Assembly: GCA_003971905.1 (NCBI GenBank)
Contig: RSEE01000012.1
Location: 186,001 to 250,000, forward strand
DNA length: 64,000 bases
Direction: 5' to 3'
Origin: Moniliella sp. 'wahieum'
Taxonomy: Eukaryota
Translations under genes and position numbers: made by a program
Shown here: positions 25,186 to 39,368 of the stretch, one piece after another
Numbering within the stretch: position 1 is the stretch's first letter
How the letters are laid out: every line of letters starts with the position of its first letter
The notes under the pieces: model-generated
Told to the model about the DNA's origin: nothing
The model's input: the letters and a program-made list of their open reading frames with translations, nothing else
The model's database searches: none

Positions 25186-26967
25186 ATGCACGCCCCCCCT
25201 TCCCCGACGGCTCGCTCACCGCCACGGACGACGGCGATTGCGCCTCTGTCCGCGCCTGCGACGAGGACATTGAGCGCACCGCCGTCTACCTCCCGCAGCA
25301 CGGCCAGCCCACCCCCCCACGGAGCTGACCAAAACCCTGTCGCTCGACGAGAAGGACAAGGCGTCGCTGGCGCTGCCCCCCGACGGCGAAAAGCCAGATC
25401 CCAACTTGGTCACCTGGGACTCGCCCGAAGAGAACCCGCGCAACTGGTCTTATCCGCGACGGTATCGGGTCGCGATGATTGTTGCCATGTATACCTTTCT
25501 CAGTCCCTTGGCCAGCTCGGCCATCGCGCCTGCCTTGCCCACGATTGCCAATACGTTTCATGTTCAGGACGGCACCCAGACCAACTTGCTAATGAGTCTC
25601 TTGTTCTTGCCTTTGCCTTTGGTGGGTACAATCCCCCCTGCCATGGCTCTTTTACTTGCCTCTTGGTGGTCCTGAATGAGTACTGACCCCCACCCTCTTC
25701 CTTTTCTGTTAGGCCCCATGCTTTGGTCCCCATTAAGTGAGATGTATGGCCGCAGGGTGGTGCTGCAAGGGACCAACGTCATCTTTCTCATCTTCAACAT
25801 GGGCTGTGGCTTTGCGCAGACCAAAACGCAGTACTTGGTTCTCCGCTTCTTTACCGGGCTGTTTGGTTCGGCACCCTTGTCGATTGGCGGGGGCGTGATT
25901 GCAGATATGTTTGAGCCAGAGGACCGTGGGTCGGCCATGTCGTGGTACTCGCTCCCCGATGCTGGCGCCGTGTGTGGGCCCGATCATTGCCGGGTGGATG
26001 GTGGAGAAGAACGTGTCGTGGCGGTGGATCCATTGGCTATGGGCCTCCTTTGGCGCTGTGGTAGCCGCGATCGGGTACTCGATTGTAACGGAAACGTACC
26101 AGCCTCGGTTGCTGCAAGTGAAACGCGACCGTTTGGTACGTGAGACGGGCAACCAAGCCTTGTACACCATCTACACGTCCAAGACACTGAGTCGCAGCCA
26201 ACGTTTGTCCAAAGCGCTCTTCCGTCCTATGATCATGCTTAGCACCGAGATCATTCTCATTCTCATTTCGTTGGCCATGATGCTGGTGTATGGGCTGATG
26301 TACTTGGTGCTCGCGACGTTTACCACCGTCTTTGAGGGCACGTACCACGAGTCGGTGGGCATTGCGGGCATCAACTATGTTTCTCTCGCATTGGGGTACA
26401 CGGCCGGAGGTCAATTGGGGGGCCGGATGCTGGATCGGATATACCTCGCGCTGCGTGCGAGGAATAGAGGAAAGAGCATCCCGGAGCACAAGCTCCCTCT
26501 CACTGTGGGTGGGGTGTGCCTCATTGCTGGAATGCTCATCTACGGTTGGTCGGCAGAGAAAAAAGTGCACTGGATCGTGCCTAACATTGGCGCGGCGATA
26601 TTTGGGTTTGGGAGTATCAACTCCTTTGGGTTTTATGAACGTACGTCTGGTTCTCTTCTCTTCTTGGTATGAAATGCTGGGCGGTACGACTAACGAGCGG
26701 TGACGGTCAACAACAGTACGTGATTGATAGCTACGGTGTCTTTGCCGCTTCGGGCATTGGGGCGCCGTATTTCTTCGGTCGATCGCTGGGTTTGCCTTCC
26801 CCCTGTTTGCCGATCAGCTGTACAATGCGCTTCACTATGGATGGGGCAACACCACTCTGGCCATGATCTATCTTGTGCTGGGCATTCCGTCCAGCCTGTT
26901 GTTTCTGCGCTACGGGCCGTACCTCCGCTCCAAGTCGCCCCACCAAGCGGGCCGCAAAGCGCTGTGA
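25186..26967 (+). CDS. DHA1-family MFS drug:H+ antiporter
   Basis: VTWDSPEENPRNWS, GPMLWSPLSEMYGRR, RFFTGLFGSAPLSIGGGVIADMF, VHWIVPNIG, YVIDSY, RYGPYLRSKS. Confidence 0.92.
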
Positions 26968-29900
26968 AAATGGACAAGACATCCATCGGATCCTGTGTCG
27001 CATGTTTGTGCGCGGAATAAAGGGACAATGTTGATTTGATTCTTTCCTTTCCTCCTTCGTGGTGCACCGATCACTTGGATCAAGCTTCAAGCTTCAATGA
27101 TCGATCTGATCGTAACTGATCGCCTCCAAAAACGACAAGCAGCTTACATGTGACTGCGCCGTTTAATTCTTTTGTTCGCCAAGTTGACATTTTATCGTCT
27201 TTCGCCGCGCCTCATCTTTTTTTGGGCGGCCCAGGCCACTTATCGGCACTTCCATATTTTCCTCCTTACTTCATGCCAACCCCCGTCCCTTTCGCCCTCC
27301 CCATTCCCCATTCCCCTACCCCATGCCAACAGTATCCATACCACAGCAACTCGGTTCAAGGCTTGTTAATGTCATCCCAGTGGAGCCCAGGTAAATGCAC
27401 CTGCAGGCCGTCGGACCCTGTATAGATCTCTCAAATCTCGCAGACGAGTGTAGTTGCTTGCCACGCGTTCCTCGGGCTCCGACGCCCGAACGAAATGCTC
27501 ACTATACTGCACCCCCCATGCAACCGATTTCAGTCCACTGTACCGTCGGGCTCGTCTGAGTGTGCGAAAGGGACAATTAATTGGTGGATGAGCAGAGCAC
27601 ATTCTGCAGCCCGCTTCGCCTCTTGCGCTTGCGCTTGCGCGTTTCTGGCCGAAGCAAACACGGTATCCCGCCCCGGTAGGCAACATCCGGGGGGGGGGTA
27701 TAGCATCGACAGCCCACAGGGTCGCAGAACTACTGGAACAACTAAGGAGGGGTTTCCCCGATGAGTAGAAACAACAGTGGACAGAGACAAAAGTCTTCAT
27801 ATATCGTAATCGCATCATAAATAAAAGGGTACACCATGATACTGTGGAAGAGGGAACGCAAGCAGGAACTAGAGTAAACAAAGCAACAGAAGAACCTTCT
27901 CTTCTCTGCCCATACATGTCGCAGCGAGATAAGGAACCGAACCGAACCGAACCGAAACACAAACAAAGAGCAGAGGATGACAACCGGACTGTCCATAGCT
28001 GCCAGGGGGGCCTTGGACGGCGTCCTGGACCGAACAAAACTCATTGGGGAGGGACGAAGGACGATGTGGATCCAGAGACCCAAAACATGGTACACGATCC
28101 GACGAATCCAACCAACTGAACAAGAACGAAGCGCGTCGATATAACGGACTGGGGTCCGTCGAACCAAAAGCAAGACAAATAAGGGGTAGAACGAGAGGAC
28201 CGGCGGGGACGTGGGTGTGGGGGGGGGGGGGGGGGGGCACTTCACGTTACGCGGTATGCGATAACACAAAGTGCCCTATTGGTATACGAAGGGTACGCGG
28301 TCGCGGTCCGAAGAGGCGGGGGAGGAAGGGATGCGCGGAGGGTACGGGCTACACGTGCCGCCCTTACGACGGCGACGCGGGAGCGAGACCTTGGTCTCTC
28401 TTTCGTCAGGGGTAAAGGAGGAGACCGAGCAGGACACGGCAAGAAGCGGAGGCGAGGAGGACCAACACGTGCTTGTTGGCCAAGGGATAAAGTTAGTTCG
28501 ACGCGGGGTGGGATGATGGGTGGGATGGGCGGGAAGGTGGAGGCGAACCCCATGGCGGAAGAGAGATGGGCGAGAATGGGCAGAAGGGATAGAAAGGGTA
28601 GAATGGGCAGAAGGGTAGAAGGGGCAGAAGGGGCGGAATAAGCAGAATGGGTAGAATGGGCAGAATGGGTAGGCAAGACAAGAGGCACGGACGAAACGTC
28701 CTCGAAGTGGGTAAAAGAGGATCAGAGTGGGAAGAAGTGTTAGGGGGGTTGAGGACAAGCCGGGTGACCGAGGCGTGGTTGGCGAGGAAAGGAGGCCAAT
28801 TGACGTTGACAGTGGAAGAGGTGTTGTTTGTTGGTAGACCAACAGGCTCCGCCAATGGCTGCACCTGTAGCACGGTCCACGTGGGGCCCCAATCGACCGC
28901 ACGACCACGAGGCGGACTGCCAGTGGGTAAAACGGGAACGGTGCGTTGCAGCGCGGGGGGCTCGAACAAAGGGTCGATCAGCGGCCCGGCGGCTGTTGTT
29001 GGATCGGAGAGAAGGGCGCCCCGCTGTGGGGTCCCAACGGCAAAAAGGGAAGCCTCGGGGGACCGATAGGCAATGGGGTCGTGGGCGGAGAGTGGTGCGT
29101 CATGTGGCTGGACGTCGGGGGTGGCGTGATGCATGTTAGGGGAAAGGGTATTCAGCTCGAGGGAGCGGTGCAGAGGACACGGGATCAACGTAGTCGGCAG
29201 CCAGGGGGGAGGGCGTGCGTTGGATGGGCGCAGCCGGTAGGGCAGAGGGAGATGTTGGGGGTTGAATGGTGACGGGGCACAAGGGTCTACTTTGGAGCGC
29301 ACGGACGGGGGAGGGGACATTATCGGAGGGAGTCGAGCCAGGAGATGAGCAAGGAGACAAGGGGCAGGTGGCTGCGAATCTACCCCGGCCACAATGGCGA
29401 GACAAGAAAGAGAGTCGGCAGCAACCGTCCGACGAAGAAGGAACGACGGTGGTGGCGAGGAGAACAGGGGAGAAAAGGAAAACAAGAGGGGCTGATACGG
29501 ATGTCACAAGACCCACAAGATGCTGAGAGTAGTTGTCTGAGCCAAAAGGCATCGGTGCTCCCCGTCGCTTAGTATTTCCGATTACCTCCCCCCGTTCCGA
29601 GAGGTAGCCGAAAGAGATGACATCGATGACATGATGATCGATGACATGATCACACATGCAGATGTGACGTGCGTGACATGTGACAATCTGTGACAGAGGA
29701 CCCCCCTGAACGTACTGAGGGCTGAACCAAAACAGGCAAGTGCGGTTTATTATTGCGCGCCTTGTTGCCACAGCAAAGCCAAAACGGCTGGAATATGAAA
29801 CAGCAGTAACATATCAGTCAAGTATGTTCCTCTTCCCCAGCTTGAGTATGTAGAAGACCAGAGAGAGCAGGCAGTTGATGCATGATGACGTATGGCATCG

Positions 29901-30150
29901 CACATGAGCGCATGAGCCACATCAGGGCTAGAGAATATTCCTCTGCCAACCGAATATCGGAAGGGATGAACCGGAGGGTTTCGGACTTTGGGCTACCTGC
30001 GCCACCAGTGTGGCGCCACTGTACTTTCGGTAGGCTACCCTCTTCTATCTCTGTGATATATGATGGCTTCAGCGCTTCAGCCCGTATCTCTGATGATCGA
30101 TGATCGATGATCGATTATCGATTATCGTTGGATTTTCATCGATCATCATC

Positions 30151-30353
30151 TTGATTCGATGATTCAGGGAGAAGCCGATCCATAACATGTTCACAACGTT
30201 TACACGTTCAGCACACCTCGTTTAATTCAACCCCATCTTGTGTTGATTCGATGATTCAGGGAGAAGCCGATCCATAACATGTTCAAACGTTACACGTTCA
30301 GCACACCTCGTTAATTCAACCCCATCTTGGGTTACAAGATGGGGTTGAATTAA
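30151..30353. repeat. About 90-bp tandem duplication ending in a 19-bp perfect inverted repeat
   Basis: Copies at 30151-30240 and 30243-30329; hairpin arms 30311-30329 and 30335-30353. Confidence 0.9.
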
Positions 30354-32622
30354 ACCGGCTATTGAAGCTGTTGAAGAGTACTCAGTCCAAGTACACTCGG
30401 TACTCGAATTCCAAAACTCAGCTTGAACATGTGGCGCATGTTGTACGTGGCATGCACTTTCAACGTTCCACACTGCGTCGCCATCCCCCGCCACCGCGTA
30501 CCCCACTGCGTCGGCAATCGATCTGAGAGAGAGATTTGGACGCGCTCCATGTAGCTTCGAGTCAACTTGAGTAGTTGGAGCAGGCACTCGGCACTCAAGC
30601 CACTCAGTGGAGCAAACACATACGGCTTGGTAGCAGCTCGTTGTTTTCCCCATGCCAAGCGTTGATGCATGATGAATGATGAATGATGCATGAAGCGTGA
30701 CGGTAGTCACTTGTTGACTCTCAGATCTCAGACTGAGATCTCAGATCTCATTAAGCATTTCCCATTTCTCTTAAGCTTTACCCGGTTATCAAAAGGTAAT
30801 TGAGTGGTTTTTGGCATCGACATCGGTGTACCGCCGCGCTATCTCCGCTCTCTGACATCTACTGGATTCGTTGGGGGTATCGGTTACCAGCTACTAGTTA
30901 CCAGTTGACCTATACGTTATCGCTTCTCTTCTTGTACCAGCTCTCTCTCGTCGTATGCGAGGCTGCGTTTTATTGGCCTACGACCCTTGTTAACCCTTGT
31001 TATGGTGACCGCAGCAACCACCGCGCTCTCATCTGGTTGACCGTTATCGATTATCGAGGACAGATCGGGCTGGATCATCGATCCGGCTGGATCTCCATCA
31101 AACCCCGTTACTCCAAACCCTTCCGCATCCCGCCTCCTCCCTCCCCAGCCCAATGTCACATGTCACATGTCACATGTCACACGTCAAGCCCCCACATGTC
31201 ACATGCTCAGCCTGAGGGCTCAGCAGCGCTGAGGCTAAGCGCGCCCCAGCTCACATGTCTCCGATCCCCCTCCCACCGCCTTTCGCACAGCTCAAAGAGC
31301 GCTGAGCCACCGTGCGCGCGCGTGCTTCGGACATCGATGTGCCAGTGTTTACTAACCGGTAACCCACAGTGGCCGCACCGCCACACTCACTTGTGTGGCG
31401 AACCCATCGACCTTCAGGCTTCAAGCTTCACTATAGCTTCAAGCCATGTCGCCCCACTCCATTATAGATTCTTTTAGGGATGTGACCCCCCTGCCCCCCT
31501 GCCCCCCCTGCCCCCTCCCTGCCGAGCTTGCACCGATCGAAATCAGTGTTGCTAGATGTACCTCTACCTAATGTGGCCCGGCCTGTATACTTGGTTGCTT
31601 AACGTTTAACGTTTAACGTTTAAAACCCTGTTCCCACATTAGTTGGGGGGTGTCACGGGCGGGCGCCGCCAGGGGGCCCGCCCTGGGGTTTTTTGGGGTA
31701 CAATCCCTTAGGCGACGGTAGGTCGACTCACGGTAGTTTCGGGATTAGGCTGGTTGGTGTGTCCGAGCGGAGCTAGGGACGAGGAGAGGCCTTTGGTGGG
31801 GCGGCTGCACGTGTGGCAAGGCTGCGTCTGCGCCGGCTTGGGCCGTAGTAACGTGTCTGAAGCCTCCGGGACTTAGGGACGGGAGGAGGCAGAGGGGGAC
31901 AAACACTGCCTCAACTGAGACTGGGAATCGCCGCGACCGAAGGAGGGCTCGCGCGATTGGACTGACGAAGGGCTGGAGGACGAGGCCGGAGGAGATGTCG
32001 GACGCTAACAAGAGGAGCTGCCTGTACTGGATCAATTGGCTGGAAAACGGGCAGGAGTCGGACAGGATAGGCGGGAAAGGGACGAACGTGGAGACGAGAG
32101 GATGACGAGAGTGGAAGGTGGGGGAAAAGATCCCCATCAACCAGGGGTACAGGCAGGATCAAAAGGGAAACGGATACAAGAGGGGGTGTAGAAAGGAAGA
32201 CATGTCAAAGCGGGGTGGGTCGCCACAGGCGCGACCGAGAAAGGAAACGGAAACGGGGACGGGACGGCAGATGCCGCCACGGCACTGGAAGCTCGGTGGC
32301 CTTATTTAGGCCGGCCGACTTGGACTTGGGCGGGGGGCGACTATTGTCGCGCGGAGCATGGCCCTTCGGCCACGATACTTAATTTAGCCAACCATCATCA
32401 CACTTGGTTGGCCTGCGGAGCACGCTCTACTGGGCATGTGCGGAGCAGGCGGGCCTTAGCTTGGGTCGGGCCATCTCGTGTCCGCCGCAGCCCGTGACAG
32501 GGGGGGGGGGGGGGGGTAGGGTCAGTGGTTGTCCTGCACGGTCGCTGTCGTTCGACCTACCTACCCCACCTTCCATCGCTCTGTATCCGCGCCCTTGATC
32601 GCCATTCATCATATCATCATCA

Positions 32623-35600
32623 TCAGCAGCAGCATTCGCCGGGTCCGATCCCGCCTGCAGCTGCGCCTCCTTGGTATCCCCCTACCCCCGAGGGGGGGGG
32701 AAAGAAAACCAGCTCTGAGGTGTGCCGTAGGTAGTCGCGTCCGTGACACCCGCAACGCGTGGCCAGAGGGACGGCTGCGAGGAGGAAGAGGCGGTGGAGG
32801 ATAGGCGTGTCTGCGCCTGTGGTTGCGCCTGTGATTGCGCCTGCACCTGAGCTTGTGCTTGGGCTTGGGCTTGTGCGTGTGCAGAAGCGGGGGGTAGCGA
32901 AGCGAGCGAACCAGTAGGATCGGGGGTACCTTGTCCCGTGCCTGGACCGAACGCGGCAAATCCAGAGGCAAGTAAGACGACCAAAACGCATCGTTGCGCG
33001 TCAGGCTGTCCGGGTTGGCGGGGACGGGGAGAGCAGCTGGGCAGGCTGGTGGGAGCGCCGGGTACAACGCAGTGGGGTCAGGAGGGGCTGAGATGGGCCA
33101 GGTGGTAGCAGGGTGTGCAGAGGGGCCGGGGGCAGAGCAGGGTCCAGGCCGGGTAGGGTAGAGGGCATACTGTTGTTTCCCCCGGGGCGGGAGGAAGCGG
33201 GCCCGAGGGGGCGGGGTGCACGGGTTGTGCGATGGGAGGGTTGGCAGCGGAGGTGGTAGGAGGCGGGGCGGCGGGATCGATGCCGTCCTCATGGGCGGCG
33301 AGAACGGTTTTGAGAAAGGTGGCGTAGAGGTAAGGCGTGTGGGATTGGTTGACGGCAATCGTGGCCAAAAAGTGGCGAGGCGCAGGACCAAGTCGAGCAA
33401 CTCGGCTGAGTTGGTGGTCTTGGCAAAGACGGGGCGGGCCAACTACGGGAGCAGAGAGGGGGTAAGCACAGCGAGTTAGTTACCTTGGAACACCAACGCG
33501 TCCTAGGCCCGGGCCAACGCACCTTGATCAAAAATACAGCTGCATACGCAATCATGAGGAACTGCGTGTCGGGCGCGTAGCGCAATTCGGGCCCTAGACT
33601 AGCGGCGCACTTGATGATTGACAAGGCAGCGCTTTTGCACAGAAAGTAGTCTAGTAGCCACAACAGAGACAGAGACGCAAACAAACGTTAGATGAAAAAT
33701 GGGTAGCCGCAGGGCAGCACTACAGTAGGGCAACTCAACGTACACGTTAACATCTCAGTCTCGTTCTTCGATGGCTCATCCAAAAATCGTTGTAGGCCAA
33801 ACGAGTTGAGCAACAATACTCCATAGTGGTACCGCAAAGGCCCGACCCGAACCAAAAAGTAAAGTGCCCGAGCAACCATTTGGGTTTCGGGCGGCGGTGT
33901 GCCCAGAGTGAAAGAGGGATCGTCTGTGTCCCGTCCCAGAATTCGTAGGATAGCCGATGCTGCCTTGCGGGCTGCTTCGTTGCTCTCAAGGGAAAAGAGC
34001 CGAGGGTATCGTTTGCGTCTAGCCCGCCCAAGGAGCCGGGAGGAAGGTCTTGGAACCCATTGGCAGTGTACACAGTCTGTGTTTCTGCTTCGCCCCCAGG
34101 TCGCCGCAAGTGGTACTGTTTCAGCAGATCTTCAAAGTGCCATACCTGTCGCCACTCGTCCAGCTGGCGATTGAAGACACGAAGAATTGATGCCAAGTCT
34201 GCCTCGCCTCCGAGTGAGGGTAAGTAGGATTGGAGAAACTCCATCTGCTTGGACTGGATCCGATGGAGTTCGGTCAGCCCAGCCACACCCACGTCCCATG
34301 GTTGGGAGAGATGTTGCATGCACCACGTCCGGACCGACCCAATTATTTTGTCTTCTCGTACCGTGTAGGACTTGCCCATGTGCGAGGCCATCATCCGGTC
34401 CACGATAAAGCAGCCCAACCAGGTCCGTTCGCGATTCAGCACGTCGCGTTCTTGGGTCAGCGCATCGTCCAAGGATGAGGAAGGGCGCGTTCCAGGTGGA
34501 AGAGGACGGTCGAGGTTGATATCAGTGGCCATGCGGATGGCCAAGCCCGAATGAAGCCACGTCATGTCCTGTTCAAAGCTTGTTGAAGTTTCGCCCCACA
34601 GAGAGAGGAGAGGAACGCTTGGGAAATCTCCATGCTCTTCCACCCATACTCAAGGGCCATGGTACGGCACCGCCTCACGTACTCCTGTGCCTTGCTGTAC
34701 AGATCGGGGCGCTGGGAATAAAACTTGGAGCCAATCATGGCAATCACCGCCAGCAAGAAAGGGGAGCGAGAGCGGACAAAGTTGGGTGTGTGCAGCTGGG
34801 ATCGAGGACCGCAGCAAAGTGATTGCACGTGGCGAAAATGCGGAACAAGTCTGTCAATTCGTCCAGGGTTACTACCCCATCGTCCAGCAGCGTCGGCGGT
34901 AGCTCATGTTCAATGATGAGTTTGCGCACCGGAAGCTGCTCGATAAACCCGGGGCAAAAGTAACTGCGATTTGCCACGCCCAGCGGTACAGAATGCTGGG
35001 AGGATGTGGCAGCTCGGCCTCGGGGGTGATCTTACCTGCGCTGCCATCCCTCCTGGGAAGGGACAGAACCAGGTTCGGTGGGCTTTGGCAAAGCGCTTAA
35101 GCTGGCTTCAGCCAAGAGGCTCAGTGGATTCAACCCTTGGTCGTCCACCAGCTGTAACGATGGCTTGAGCGGATTCCATCAACCTTGGTAGGCGAGGCGG
35201 ACAAATGTTCATATGCACGCATGATTGGCTTCCTCGATGATTCGAGAGAGTCGGCAGCGGATTTGCCATTGTCACTCTGGGTGGGAGAAAATGTGAAATG
35301 GGGCTGGTTGCTGCTTGGCCGGGCGGGGGGTCCATGGAGCAGGAAGGATTGTTGGGTCCCAGGGCCAGGCGAGGCTGAGCCAGCTTGAGGATTGGGTGTA
35401 GCAGCGGAATGCTGCCGCAGGGAAGCCTGAGATGATCCAGTTTGCGCGCTTATTCGACGTGATGGCGAGCAATAGGCTCGGGCGGTCCGGAACGAGAGAT
35501 TTGATTGGAGGGTGACGCTTCGTAGGCAAAGGTGGCGGCGGTGGGGAAGTGGAGTGCTTGTATGGTGGGGGGTCGGTGGCAAAAATCCCGTTCCACCCGG

Positions 35601-36195
35601 TTTGGGGTCGATGGACCGGAGCACCTTGGCCAACGTGTGTTCCATCTCTCTGCAGCGATGCTGCCATGGCCTCGACCTGTTTGGCCTTGGACCCTTTGCG
35701 AACACGAGTCGGCACCTGGAACACGCACTCCGTTTCTGATGCCCTACAGCGTGCACAGGGAGGGCCCTTGTCAATGCCTGTGCAACGCATTTTGAGCCGG
35801 CGGCAGGCGGTGCATGCTGCTGGGCCCCGGCGGCGCTTGGATTTTGGGACGGGAGAAGCACGGCTCGCTGGGGTGGCGTTGACGGCAGAGGGTGATTGTC
35901 TGCCCTCACCACTGGTGTCGGCGCGGCAGGGTCGTCTCCAGGAGGCGAGGAAGCGGGTGGAGCGGGGGGCGAGGTGGAGGCAACGCGTTTGCGGGGGAGG
36001 CGGTGGTGGTGGATGTCCTGGTGCGGCTGATGCGGGTACTCCTCTGCTGTGGTGGAGGGCTGTGGCGTTCGAGGGAGGCATCCGAGTTGCTTGCGCCGCT
36101 GTCGCTGCCGTCGTCGTCGCTGGCATTGGGGTGGGGCAAAACATACGATGGGCCGCTGGGTTGACAGGAGGCGCTGGAGGCTGCGGATTCGGCAT
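32623..36195 (-). CDS. Zn(II)2Cys6 transcription factor with fungal-specific middle homology region; 3' end approximate
   Basis: ACTACRRLKMRC...PPCARC...CVF; SPFLLAVI, GLAIRMATDINL, RERTWLGCFIVDR, LRYAPDTQFLMIAYAAVFLIK. Confidence 0.9.
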
Positions 36196-36480
36196 GGCCA
36201 GCACACGGGCGAGGCTGCGAGGGATGGAGACGAGGATGGAGATGCAGATGGAGATGCAGATGGGGATGGAGATGGGATGGAGATCAGGACGGGATAGGCG
36301 TGGATCGACTGGTTGAGAGAGCCTCGCTGTTAACACGCTAACGTTTTGCGTCTCTCGGCCGAAACGCCGATTGAAGCAATTGGCCCCGGTGAAATGTTCA
36401 GTGTTGTGTCACGGCGGTCAAGGGCCAGCTCCTGAAGCTTAGTAAGTCAAATAGTTCCAATCGTCAATCATTGTCGATTA

Positions 36481-36564
36481 TCCTCGATGGTCCAACGGCT
36501 ATGATGTGACGCTCTCATGTACTTGTGATCCGTCAAGACCCGGGTTCGACTCCCGGTCGGGGAA
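36481..36564 (+). tRNA. tRNA-Glu(CTC) with 12-nt intron (36518-36529)
   Basis: Acceptor TCCTCGA/TCGGGGA, anticodon stem TGACG/CGTCA, loop CT-CTC-A, TTCGACT T-loop, T6 terminator. Confidence 0.9.
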
Positions 36565-37335
36565 TCCTTTTTTCTTACGACCAATCCATCCTCTTGTAGG
36601 GGCTTAATAAGCCTTAGCTTCCGCAGCTCATGTGCAATGCACTACGCCATCAATGGCCTGCTCTCTGGTCTTTAACACTTGTGCAACTTCGTTGCGTCGC
36701 CAGTGATGTAGCGCACCATGGAATGCGCCAGACAGTTCAGAAAGGAAGAGTGGAGTTCCCCAGGCGAATTTACCGCTGTCGATACATTTTTCCATTATGT
36801 TGGACCCGCACTGTGTGTATGGTAACATTAGGCTGTCCTTTCATGTCTACAGGCTGTGTCGATAATCGGCTTTCGCTGGAAACCCCGGGAAAGGTGGTGG
36901 TGGGTCCACATACCCGCCCCCGCATGTTAACCAAAAAGGTTTACTACTAGTCACTCCGCATGCCAGTGTGCAATGCCAGTATGCGGTGCGTACGAGATGT
37001 TGCATTGAATGTTTTGTGAACGAGGCGCACAGCCGAAAAGGAGCGTGAGTAAGAGAGGTGGGCAGTTGATCAGCGAAGATTGTCGCCAGGACGAACCCGA
37101 TCAGCCATGATCAACGACACGTGGGAGGATAATAAGGTATAGAGAGCAAGAAAAGGCTTGCAGTTGCAAGCGGGGGAGATGGGTAGAGGTTGGGGAGGGG
37201 GGGTTCAAAAGTGAAGGTGGGAGAGGAGGTACACACTCGAGAGGAAAAAGTACGGATTGGGCCGAAGGAGAGTGGAGAGCCCGAGAGGGTAGAAAAATGC
37301 AATGTGGTCGCCCAGCGTTCTCCACCATGGCATTC

Positions 37336-39368
37336 TCACGTCGTAGAAGGGAGGGGGATGGGGAGCAAAGGGGTAAATGTGGGTGTGGTAAGTGTCATGC
37401 GTTTGGGAGCTTCATGGGGCCGACGAAGGGGAGACCGTCCGGTGGGCCCTCGACTCGCCTGGACCGATTTCAAACGGGCGGCGCACGAGGATCGCCATGC
37501 TCGACAGCCCTTTCGAGCCAAAGGGTGGCCATGGTCAGATCAACGTCGGTGCCCACGCCAGCCTGGCAAAAGTAGCCCATTGCGTACTCGGCTTTGGCCA
37601 GGTTCTGTTCCGCGGCCTTTTTGGCCCAGAGATATGCCTCGGTATCGGACTGGGGCAGGATACCTGGCACACCCACCATGTACCAGGCCGTCAGGCAAAG
37701 CACGCTTCGGCATGATCCTGTTGAGCTGCAATGTTGTACATGTGCACGCTCAACCCCCCATCCACCGGACAGCCCATCCGACCATACTCGTAATTTTTCC
37801 CCATGAGGTAGGCAGACGGGGCGAACCCGAGCTGGGCAGCGCGGGTCAAGAGGTTGCATGCGTAGGTTGGATCGGTAAATACCACGCCTTCGATGCCTCG
37901 GTTGTGCAGCAGCCCTAGCTCATGCAACGCGCGCGGCCATTCAGGCGTGGCGGCTTGGGCGGACAATTTGAGGTACTTGACGCCCTGCCGGGAATTCTTG
38001 GTTCGTCCCAACTCGCCATTGAGTTCGGCCATGCCTAGGCGGTAGAGCGCACCAGGGTGGCCGGCGGCAGCGGCCTTACGGAGCCATTTGAATGCCTTGC
38101 TGGTATCTTTCAGACAGCCCCAGCCTTGCTCAAAGCACCGTCCTACCTTGAAGGAAGCGTCGGCATGGCCATGTTTGGCGGCTAGGACGTAGAGTGCATG
38201 CGCCTGGACCATCTGTGGCTTGTTGTCCGGATGCCCCACTCCTGCCGCCAAGCATTCGGCCAGGTAGAATTGAGCTGCGACATGACCTCGGTCAGCAATC
38301 TTGCGCAGCAACTCCATGGCCCCCCGAACGAGGTGGTGGTGCTCGCCAATCGGCAGGTCATCTCGTACTTGCGCGGCCTCCAAGATGAAAATGGCCAGCT
38401 CATACACAGATTGAGGATCCTCCACTTTGCTCGCATTGCGAAGATAGAGTTCCAGGGTCTGGCTGTGCGAGAGAAGTCGAGGTTGTCGCCAAGATGAAGA
38501 TGGGTGTTATCAAACTTGGCTGCGCTCGAAGCGCTAGGGGAGAGAACGGCAACAGAGCGCCGGGAGCCAGCCGAGTAGTTGCCAAACCTATCCGTTGGAT
38601 GGGACCAAGCGGATCCGCGCACACTCTTACGTCGGTCGCTGGGGGAGGAGAGGGAAGATCTAGATGCGGAAGAAGCATCATGAGAGGGTGCCAGGTGAAC
38701 AGGGGATACCTTGCCTTTCCCAGCTGCCAAGGCCTTTGTCGTAGGCACTCGATTCTCATCCTCGGAGCCAGGCATCAAACCCGTATCGGATGGCAAAGCA
38801 ATTGAGCTTGCTGTACCGTACCTTACTTTTGGACCGAGTGTGGACGGTGAAATAAACCTGATCCGATTCAGCCATACTAGACCGTGGGAGCGCTGCAAGA
38901 GAAGGGGGGCTCCAGCTGATGAGGCCGTCATGCTCCCCCGTCTGGACGGATTGGTGGCACTTTCTGCATCGGTCGATCTGTGCGACAAGGGGATACTGTG
39001 CTGTTGACGCTTAGGCGCCGACTGAGCCCGCTGAGCAAAGACGAGGCACGCTTAGAGTAGCGTTGGCCGAGCCTGTAGCTGGATGGAGGAGGCGGAGGGT
39101 CAGCTCTCGAGAAGCCCCCAGGACCTTGTTGTCTTCCCCAGCGGGGGGGTCCAGTGGTACCTTTGCCTGCCAGACTGGCGCTGCTCAGGCTGCCGGCGCG
39201 GGAGGTGAAGGTGGTAGCCGTGGTCGAAGGCGGAAGTCCGGTCGAAGGCGGAAGTCCGGTCGAGCCGGAGTGCCAGAACGAATCGGTGGAACCATAGCGG
39301 GAGTTCCAAGGGTAAGAACTAGGTGGGCTAGTTTTGGAGATGGCTGGGGAAGAAGATGTTGAGTCCAT
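37336..39368 (-). CDS. Sel1-repeat protein, chitin synthase activator Chs4/Skt5-like
   Basis: Serial Sel1 repeats: AQFYLAEC, AAKHGHADASFKVGRCFEQGWG, ALYRLGMAELNGELG, YEYGRMGCPVDGGLSVHMY, AWYMVG, AEYAMGYF. Confidence 0.88.

Noticed and set aside
38916..38940. CTGATGAGGCCG resembling a hammerhead ribozyme core
   Set aside because: No closing stem II or GAAA; it lies antisense within the Sel1-repeat gene
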